A DNA stretch of 64,000 nucleotides, from the IMG/VR virus record IMGVR_UViG_2636415849_000003, positions 1-64,000 of that record; one strand, given 5' to 3'. Each line of letters starts with the position of its first letter. Position 1 is the stretch's first letter. Under the pieces are notes generated by a model that worked only from the letters and a program-made list of their open reading frames with translations, made no database searches and was not told the origin of the DNA. The position numbers were made by a program, and so were the translations under genes. Source of the DNA: a virus (Duplodnaviria > Caudoviricetes). This document shows, in pieces, positions 57,103-64,000 of the stretch.

Positions 57103-57765
57103 TCAGATGGCTGGCGGCAGCGTGGTCGTTTCGCCCTGACACTGCAGAGTGACAGGGGTCTGCACGGCACCCTGCGCCTGGCCTGTAGGCGCACCAGAGG
57201 CAGAGGGAATGGCAACAAACATGACCTGCGCACCATTGGAGAAGGTGAACACCACAGCACGCTTTGCCTTGGCCTTGGCCGCCTTACGGCACTCCACATA
57301 ACCAGGGTCATCCGGGTCCAGCAGATTGGTAAAGGAAAAGGTCACCGGGTTATTGGCCACGGGCGCATTCCTGAGCTGGGACACATGGATGGTGGAAGTG
57401 CTGGCCGTGACCGGGTCGCCGCCAGAGGCTGCCACCTCTTGCACAGAGCGGAACTCAGCATCCAGCGTGACCACATGGGCTTGACCGGATTTGAAGGTGC
57501 GGTAAGCCGTGGTGTCCTCGCCTTCGAGCTTGAAGGTCTTGGCGGCAGTGTCCACATCGGCAATGCGAAAGGCGCGGTCATTGACGGCAGACATGCCAGT
57601 AACGTTGCGCAGCACGATGATGTCGCCATCCTCGGGCTCAGGCACTGGCACACCGCTATAAGTCACAACGCCTTCAGCGGCTTTGCTGATGGCCGCGATG
57701 GTGATGGCCGCAGATGCAGCGGTTTCCACAGCCACGCCCACATCGGTCCAGAAAATTGGCTCCAT
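57103..57765 (-). CDS. major tail tube protein
   Basis: AGGAG RBS; ITIAAISKA..GV, FKLEG.DT and SGG.P motifs; position. Confidence 0.82.
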   Translation of the reverse strand: MEPIFWTDVGVAVETAASAAITIAAISKAAEGVVTYSGVPVPEPEDGDIIVLRNVTGMSAVNDRAFRIADVDTAAKTFKLEGEDTTAYRTFKSGQAHVVTLDAEFRSVQEVAASGGDPVTASTSTIHVSQLRNAPVANNPVTFSFTNLLDPDDPGYVECRKAAKAKAKRAVVFTFSNGAQVMFVAIPSASGAPTGQAQGAVQTPVTLQCQGETTTLPPAI

Positions 57766-57780
57766 GGTGATACTCCTCTA

Positions 57781-58215
57781 TCAGGTCAGATCTGCGGAAT
57801 TCGCGGAATGCCGCACGTAAAAAGTCGCAGTGGCGCAGGCTGTGGATTCACCATCCACATCAAAGTCCCACTCGATGCCCTGCAGGGCGATGCCAGAGGC
57901 CAGGCCTCCAAGCGTCTTGTCCAGCTGCAGGCGCTGCTGCACGGCCTGCAGCACGCCGTCTGCCACCTCATCGGCGCCCTGAGCAGCCGAGGCACGGCCA
58001 TAGCAGTCGACCAGGATCGAGGTCACCCAGGTGCCAACCGGCATGCGCCCGGCCACCTGATCGACCTGGGCCTGCCCCTGGCGGACCACTGCGGCCGTGC
58101 GCACGTTGGATGCCAGCACACGGGAGCGATTGCGCTCGATGTGGCCGGCCACCGGTGTGGCTTGCTGCAAGACAGCCTCTACAGCCTTGCTCATACGCAG
58201 AAAGCGGGTACTCAC
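57781..58215 (-). CDS. tail terminator-like protein
   Basis: D.TLGGL motif; position. Confidence 0.7.
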   Translation of the reverse strand: MSTRFLRMSKAVEAVLQQATPVAGHIERNRSRVLASNVRTAAVVRQGQAQVDQVAGRMPVGTWVTSILVDCYGRASAAQGADEVADGVLQAVQQRLQLDKTLGGLASGIALQGIEWDFDVDGESTACATATFYVRHSANSADLT

Positions 58216-58520
58216 AGCACAACCTCCAGCATCAGGCGCATGTCGGTGCCATCGGGGTCAGACTCGGCAATGCTGTAGGCCTTGCCGTTGATGGAAATGG
58301 GCAGGCCCACGGGGTTGGCGGGCAACTTGTCCGCCGGCACCAGAACGGTGGGCTGAGTCGTTGCCATGCCAATGGGCCCCACGCCGCCCGCCGCCGCGTC
58401 GTCATCAAAGATGCCGCCGAAGTCCTCGCCACCGTCAATCGACACGATGGCGTTAGGCAGAGTGCGAAAGACAGCCTTGCTGACTTGCGACTCCAGGCGG
58501 GCGAAGGGGGCTAGTGACAT
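58212..58520 (-). CDS. head-tail joining protein (gpFII-like)
   Basis: GIFD...I.GK.Y.I....PDG....L.L. Confidence 0.72.
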   Translation of the reverse strand: MSLAPFARLESQVSKAVFRTLPNAIVSIDGGEDFGGIFDDDAAAGGVGPIGMATTQPTVLVPADKLPANPVGLPISINGKAYSIAESDPDGTDMRLMLEVVL

Positions 58521-58533
58521 GCCGAGATCCCTA

Positions 58534-58878
58534 TCAAGCGGCTGGTGCCGCGTAAGTGCCCAGCTTCATTGCCACCGTGGCAGCGCCATTCGCAGCAGCG
58601 GCAATTGCCACCCCCACGCACAGCTGCGCTGCGGCAGTCTTGTTGACGCACTTGTTGGCGGCATCCCAGAACAGGCGGTCACCCACGGAGACGGCCAGGG
58701 CGCTGGTCTTGGCGATATCCACCACGCCATCGGTCTTGAACTCGCCTTCTTCATTGGCAGCCACATCGCCTGTCGCCACACCGAAAAGTGCGGCACCAGC
58801 GAGATAGCCGACACCACTGGCGACCGCGACAGCCGGGATAAGGGTCACAATCGAACCCGCTTGAACATAGTTCTTCAT
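58534..58878 (-). CDS. DUF2190 capsid cement/decoration protein
   Basis: AAGGAG RBS; MKNYVQ.G, FGVA..D and GD.LFWD. Confidence 0.85.
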   Translation of the reverse strand: MKNYVQAGSIVTLIPAVAVASGVGYLAGAALFGVATGDVAANEEGEFKTDGVVDIAKTSALAVSVGDRLFWDAANKCVNKTAAAQLCVGVAIAAAANGAATVAMKLGTYAAPAA

Positions 58879-58939
58879 AAGAAACTCCTTTGAGCCTTGT
58901 TGAGAGATGAGCTGCAGCAGCTGCTGCAGCGTTGCTTCA

Positions 58940-61060
58940 TCAGGCAGCGCCAGTGGCCTTACGCAGGCCACGGAAGTCGGTTGCCTTGGCGGCGAAGTCC
59001 AGGCGAGCCTTCATGCTCACGCCGTCGACCTCAAAGCCCATCTCGGACTCGATGACCGGACCCTCGGCACCGTCCAGGTAGCAGTACTCGACCGTATCCA
59101 CCTGAGCCGAGTTGGCAGCCAGGTACCAGGCGGAGGCGCTGTTGGCATCGAGCAGAGGCTCGACCACAGGCTCCAGAGCCGTGCGACCGCCGGAGCGGAA
59201 CTCATTGACCTGGCCAGGCTCGACAGGCACGTACTGCGCGCTGGTGTATTGGTAGGCAACCTGCTCCAGAGCGGCGGGCACAATGAGATAGCGAGGCGAG
59301 AGGTTGAGCAGCTCGCCCTGCATTCCCTTTTGCAGACGCATGTCCTTACGGCCAGCGCCCAGCTTGTCGATGCTGTCCAGCACGCTGCCGGCGCCTGCCA
59401 GGTTGCCGTGGGTTGCATGGAACAGCGCCACACCGTCGGCCATGTCGGCGTTGTCGGTCAGCTGCGAATAGACCAGACGGTTTTCCAGTCGGGCAGCGCT
59501 ATCGCCAAAGGCGCCGACGAGTCGATCAAAGCCGCGCAGATCGTCATTGACGATGGCCTGACGAGTCAGAGCCACGATGCGGCCATAGGTGACGACCTTG
59601 TAGCTCTCGGCGCCATCCTTCAGGGTGCCGTACTTGAACTCGCCATGCTCATTGGTGCGCAGCAGCTCGGGCGCGCCAGACAGCTGCACCACCGAGATTT
59701 CCTTGAAGTCAGGCGCATTGGGCGCACGGCGAGCCCAGACACGGTAGGTACTAGCAGCCTGCTCATACGCAGAACGCAGACGGCGGCCTGCCACGTTGGA
59801 GAGCAGAGCCGAGAAATCGGAAGTACCCATGTGGCCGGCAGTGCGCACCTGCAGCATGCGGCTGGCGATCTCCAGCCGAGACATGCCACGGGTATTACCG
59901 CCGTTGCGCTCGATCATCTCGCGGCCAATCTCGATCAAGCTCATGCCGCGGTATTGGCGACCGTTATCGGTCAATGCAGACGATGCATCGACGCGGTGGA
60001 GCAGAGCCTCCTGCAGGCCAGCCATGCGGGTTTCTTGCTCGTCAGACACGGTCTCGATGCGAACATTGCGGTGGCCACCGGCTGCAGAGTCACGGCGCGC
60101 CAGCTCTTCCAGCACCGCTGTGCGAGCCTGCTCGACCGTGTTGCCCCCGCGAATCAGGCCTGCAGCCAGGGCAGAAACGCCATGGCGCTGGCACAGATCG
60201 GTGATATCGCCAGAGCGCTGCTGCTCGGCTTGGCGGGCAGCTACTGCCGCCTCATCGGCAGCATTGGCATTGCGCTGCTGTGTCTGCTCGTTTGCAGGTG
60301 CTGCCGATACGGCTGCGCCAGAGTCCTGAGTCGTACCAGGCATGGTAGTTTCCTTTCGGTTGGGGGAATCTGTAGAGCTGCCAGACACAGAACGTGTGGA
60401 GGCAGAGGGTTGAACTTCTATGAATTCGCAGGGGAAGGTGCGGACTTCGCGCTCTGCATCAGCATCCTGTGGAGCGCCACCAGCAGCGCGAATCTGGCTG
60501 TCCATGTCGGCAGGTATGGGAACCAGGGATACTTCGTAAGGCTCCCAGTCAACGACGCGGTATTCCCAGACGCCACCCTCCTGCTCGGGGGCGACCATTT
60601 CGACGCGGTGGCGGACATAGCCCACGGACACGTTGCGCACAATGCGGTCGGCCACGTCTTGCACATAGCCGGCCACGGACTCGCGGCGACTAAAGGCCAC
60701 ATCGCAAATGCCTTCACCACCGGTGATTGCCGGGTTTTCAACCACCCCGATTTGGTCTTCCAAATCCCAAGAACGATGGGTGTTGAGCAGCGGCGCACCA
60801 CGCTGCAGACGATCCAGTCGGATGGAGCCCTCTTCTACGACCAAGCGCTCCATATAGGGACGGTCGCGGTACCAGTCATAACGGCGAACCGCCGCACCGG
60901 CGGTAAAGACCATCGAGGCGCGAGCCAAGGGCGAATTGCCATCACCCTCGGTTGATGCTGCACGCTGGAAATTGCGCAGCTCCATGGAGCGACCCGCCAG
61001 CGGCAGCTCGTCGCGGCGGGTGGATTGGGTGTTGGCGTTGATGTTTGGCATACCCGGCAC
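58940..61060 (-). CDS. prohead protease / major capsid fusion protein
   Basis: PLLNTH, NVSVGY and EVSLVPIPAD protease part; TSDF..LL, YGR....RQAIVNDD and DFRG capsid part. Confidence 0.9.
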   Translation of the reverse strand: MPGMPNINANTQSTRRDELPLAGRSMELRNFQRAASTEGDGNSPLARASMVFTAGAAVRRYDWYRDRPYMERLVVEEGSIRLDRLQRGAPLLNTHRSWDLEDQIGVVENPAITGGEGICDVAFSRRESVAGYVQDVADRIVRNVSVGYVRHRVEMVAPEQEGGVWEYRVVDWEPYEVSLVPIPADMDSQIRAAGGAPQDADAEREVRTFPCEFIEVQPSASTRSVSGSSTDSPNRKETTMPGTTQDSGAAVSAAPANEQTQQRNANAADEAAVAARQAEQQRSGDITDLCQRHGVSALAAGLIRGGNTVEQARTAVLEELARRDSAAGGHRNVRIETVSDEQETRMAGLQEALLHRVDASSALTDNGRQYRGMSLIEIGREMIERNGGNTRGMSRLEIASRMLQVRTAGHMGTSDFSALLSNVAGRRLRSAYEQAASTYRVWARRAPNAPDFKEISVVQLSGAPELLRTNEHGEFKYGTLKDGAESYKVVTYGRIVALTRQAIVNDDLRGFDRLVGAFGDSAARLENRLVYSQLTDNADMADGVALFHATHGNLAGAGSVLDSIDKLGAGRKDMRLQKGMQGELLNLSPRYLIVPAALEQVAYQYTSAQYVPVEPGQVNEFRSGGRTALEPVVEPLLDANSASAWYLAANSAQVDTVEYCYLDGAEGPVIESEMGFEVDGVSMKARLDFAAKATDFRGLRKATGAA

Positions 61061-61109
61061 TTTGCGCGCCGGGGTGTCTCAAAGCGACCCAGTTTGAGAC
61101 AAACTGCAA

Positions 61110-62561
61110 TTAAGGCTGAGCGCTGTTTGTGTCGGTTGCCCCTTTAACCTTCATCATCATCAGCAAGATGTCCAGGACGCCAGCCTTCTTCAGTCGCTCC
61201 ACATCCTCCTTCATCTCCTGCACCACTTCCTCAGGGTCGTAGCCCCGCTGACGCAGCTTTTCGCTGAAGGTCGAAAGCCCGCCGGCGATCTCTTTCAGGT
61301 CGGATTCGACATCGTCACGCGGGTTGGTGTACTCCCATTTGGGTGTGGCATAGCGCACGTTGTAATCGGCCTTTTTCACCAGGCCGCCCAGCTCTGCCGC
61401 ATCAACGAACGCCCTGACCATGGGAGCAATCAGACAGGGGATGACATGCAGCCACTGCTCCCGCTCTGCCTCGCGCTTGTAGTCAAGACGGCGAATGCGG
61501 GCACTGCTGAAATTCACCTGACTCACATCGCCGGTCATCATTTCGTAAGTCCAGCCTGCGCCGGCGGCGATGAGGTGGAGCGCCTGGCGGACATACTCTA
61601 CGTAGCCGGGGACCGCTTTAGGCTCCACAACCGTCAGCGTCGTGCCCGTAGGAACTTCCATCAGCCCGCCGCTGGGGAGATCACCCAGCGTGCGTCCACC
61701 CTCCGATACCTTGGTGCCTTGACCGTCTGCCAAGGCATTGACATCACCAGAGGCCAGAACGCTGAGTCTGGACTCTAGGTTCTTACGGTTGATCTCAGCA
61801 TCCTCATACAGCGAGAGGTCCCGCACACGGGTAATTACCGGAGCAATGCGCGGAAACCCACGCCCCTGGCCAGGCCGCTCTTTCGTGAAGTAGTGAATGA
61901 CAGTGGTGGCAGGCACGAATCTGCTGCCGCCATTGCGCGAGCGAGGCAGCACCATGTCACCGGGGTGCTGCTCAAATAGGTAATAGCCCATCACACGCCC
62001 GAGAGCGTCGTAGGCCTTGCCCTGCACCACGTCATAGCCGTCTATACGACCATTGCGGCTATCGTCCAGCCAATCAATTTCGAGCACCTGAAACTGCACA
62101 GGGACCGCGATGCCGTCTTCTTTACGGCGCGGACGAATACGAATAAGCACCTCACCATCACGCGCAGCAGTCAGGTGGGCCAGATCCTGCAGTCCATAAA
62201 TGTCGAGCTGGCCATCTGCATCAGCCTGGGTCCCCCACTCCATCCAGAGCTTGGCGAAGGCCTTTGCCTCGGAGCCCAGCCATTTCGGGATGATGCCGGT
62301 GCCAATGATGTTGGCCGTATGGCTAGACAAGCCGCGTGCAATATAGGGCACGTTCTGCGCAAGCGCGCGTGACCTGGTCCGCAACGTGCGCGCATCAGCT
62401 GCATGATCCGCGTTCGCGCTGGCACCAGAGCGGCGAGGGCGCCAGCCATCGGTCTGATTTGCACCTTCATAGGCGCGTTGCAGCAGTTGGCGTGCACTGT
62501 GGCGACGCAACCCAGAGGAGGGGCTGATGTAGCCCACGATCTTGTCGATGATGTTGGCCAT
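61110..62561 (-). CDS. portal protein, lambda family
   Basis: LRTRSR.L, DGEV, RPGQ.RG.P and YE..TGD.SQVNFSS.R. Confidence 0.92.
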   Translation of the reverse strand: MANIIDKIVGYISPSSGLRRHSARQLLQRAYEGANQTDGWRPRRSGASANADHAADARTLRTRSRALAQNVPYIARGLSSHTANIIGTGIIPKWLGSEAKAFAKLWMEWGTQADADGQLDIYGLQDLAHLTAARDGEVLIRIRPRRKEDGIAVPVQFQVLEIDWLDDSRNGRIDGYDVVQGKAYDALGRVMGYYLFEQHPGDMVLPRSRNGGSRFVPATTVIHYFTKERPGQGRGFPRIAPVITRVRDLSLYEDAEINRKNLESRLSVLASGDVNALADGQGTKVSEGGRTLGDLPSGGLMEVPTGTTLTVVEPKAVPGYVEYVRQALHLIAAGAGWTYEMMTGDVSQVNFSSARIRRLDYKREAEREQWLHVIPCLIAPMVRAFVDAAELGGLVKKADYNVRYATPKWEYTNPRDDVESDLKEIAGGLSTFSEKLRQRGYDPEEVVQEMKEDVERLKKAGVLDILLMMMKVKGATDTNSAQP

Positions 62562-62773
62562 CAATCACCCCGCAGCGTAGTGAAGCGGAAGCGACGAACC
62601 CCGCCACGCGGCGCCCCTTCGGGCTGAGAGAGTGCAGCCTGGATGCGCGCCTCTGCTTGAAACAGCTCCGACATATCGCGGAACTCAACGCGGCGACCGT
62701 TGACCATGACGGACTTCTCACCCGTGGCAATGGCTCGCCGTACATTCTCAAGATCGTCTTGCGTGTAGGCCAT
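62561..62773 (-). CDS. gpW-like head completion protein
   Basis: AIATGEKSV..NGRRVEFR..SEL. Confidence 0.85.
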   Translation of the reverse strand: MAYTQDDLENVRRAIATGEKSVMVNGRRVEFRDMSELFQAEARIQAALSQPEGAPRGGVRRFRFTTLRGD

Positions 62774-62825
62774 GGGCCTCTCCTAGATGGTTCTGTAACC
62801 CACGCAAGCTAATGCGCGGGCAGTC

Positions 62826-63155
62826 TCATTGCGACCCGGAGCGAGACTGTTTCACCTGCCCCGCCTGCTTCAGGATGCGATAGACCGATGCACGGCTGAT
62901 ATCCAGTCTTCGGGCCACCTCAGTGGCATTGCGACCATTGAACAGCGAAAGAACCTGCAGCGCCTGATCCCGGCGCGCTGATGCGGTCCGGGGTGAGATA
63001 CGCTGCCGATCCCCTTTGAACTCGGTGCGAACCGCATTCTTGAGCGCGGCCAGCTTTGCCGACTGCACGCCATCCGCAAAGCCTGGTATCTCAAGCAGCA
63101 GGTAGTCAAAGATCCGGTCCACCAGGTCGAAATCGTCATCATTGGCTTGACTCAT
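62826..63155 (-). CDS. Mor-like HTH protein
   Basis: FNGRNATEVARRLDISRASVYRILK. Confidence 0.75.
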   Translation of the reverse strand: MSQANDDDFDLVDRIFDYLLLEIPGFADGVQSAKLAALKNAVRTEFKGDRQRISPRTASARRDQALQVLSLFNGRNATEVARRLDISRASVYRILKQAGQVKQSRSGSQ

Positions 63156-63175
63156 TGTTTTCAGCTTCTCGCGGT

Positions 63176-64000
63176 TCAACCCAGGCGCAGGCGCGACACA
63201 GCCGCGCGACGCTGTTGATAGATAGGGGCATCGACTTCCTGCACTCGCTCAGCAACCAATGGCTGCGCTGCGACAGAGGTTTCCTCCATCACCTTCGGGA
63301 CACTAAAGAGGTCTTCTGCAGGCTGCACCAGTTGCTCCAACTGCAACCACTTGGATTCACTCCACTTGTGGATACCCTGGCACATGGCGGCATGCAGCGC
63401 ATAGTTGCGAATATCGAGCTCCTCATTGCGAGGGCGACGCTTGACCCATTTGTAGGCATCCTGGCCCTTGATCTTGGTCAGCACTCGCTGCTCTGCCGTG
63501 AGCTGCTCATAGAACTCACGCGGGAGATCTGTGCTGAAGTGCACATAGCCCGGCCCCGGCTCTGCAATAGCCAATTGCCCCAGCAGCAGATCCTTCGCCT
63601 GGTCGACGCCCACCAGGTGGAGCTTGATGCCGCGCTGCACCTTCATGCCACGATGATTCACTTCCTGCAGACTGCTAGGCCCCACGATGGGTTTGTTGTC
63701 GTCACCCTTGATGGCGCGCAGGTTCGGGATGCGCCCCTGGTTGTTGCGCACCCAGTTGTAGACGGCATGCGTTTGGTCTGAAGAGTCAATGCTGGTTGCG
63801 CTGATGCCCAGGCTGGGCCCGTGGCCTGCTTGCTGGAACCGCTGCAACAGGAAGGCGGTGACCGGCTCCCAGTCCTCATCCACAGCCGGATTGCCGTCGA
63901 TGCTGATCCGCGCGACTGGCCAACTCTCCATGCCGCGCCCCCAGGCCCAGATCGTGATCTGCCACCAGGTGCGCTGCACATCGACGCCAGCTGTGAGGTA
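63176..64000 (-). CDS. terminase large subunit GpA (3' part)
   Basis: TAGVDVQ, AIKG, YVHF, YEQLTAE and RNEELD..YA; the start lies beyond the window. Confidence 0.9.
   Translation of the reverse strand, partial: YLTAGVDVQRTWWQITIWAWGRGMESWPVARISIDGNPAVDEDWEPVTAFLLQRFQQAGHGPSLGISATSIDSSDQTHAVYNWVRNNQGRIPNLRAIKGDDNKPIVGPSSLQEVNHRGMKVQRGIKLHLVGVDQAKDLLLGQLAIAEPGPGYVHFSTDLPREFYEQLTAEQRVLTKIKGQDAYKWVKRRPRNEELDIRNYALHAAMCQGIHKWSESKWLQLEQLVQPAEDLFSVPKVMEETSVAAQPLVAERVQEVDAPIYQQRRAAVSRLRLG

Larger units (their letters stand above)
41781..64000. mobile_element. prophage 2 (partial; continues beyond the window)
   Basis: Second full set of lysis, tail and head genes with lambda-type portal, gpW and GpA, starting directly after the att repeat. 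Confidence 0.9.

Overview
GC-rich betaproteobacterial chromosome segment (Comamonadaceae-like, judged from the proteins and not confirmed). The host part is cysM (1-906, minus strand) and a divergent tRNA-Leu(CAA) at 947-1031. The rest is two siphovirus-like prophages stacked at that tRNA. Prophage 1 (975-41780) is bounded by an exact 59-bp repeat of the tRNA 3' part and looks complete: lysis, tail, HK97-type head, terminase and HNH, Q-like antiterminator, replication, cro/cI switch, early operon, xis and int. Prophage 2 starts right after the repeat and runs off the window. It carries LexA-boxed umuDC, an AbiF/Abi_2 HEPN gene, lysis genes, a GTA-like tail tip and a lambda-type portal and terminase. 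The main finding is a compact, intact diversity-generating retroelement (target1-target2-avd-TR-RT, 35477-38252) in the early operon of prophage 1. One 79-nt template diversifies two small paralogous CLec/DUF1566-like proteins rather than a tail fibre; 17 of 18 TR/VR mismatches fall on TR adenines. Second is an AbiF toxin gene preceded by a multi-stem RNA with a terminator and by two NrdR-box-like palindromes 41 bp apart, which suggests a type III-like toxin-antitoxin or defence module tied to nucleotide pools. All family assignments come from motif recognition by eye; no database searches were run.
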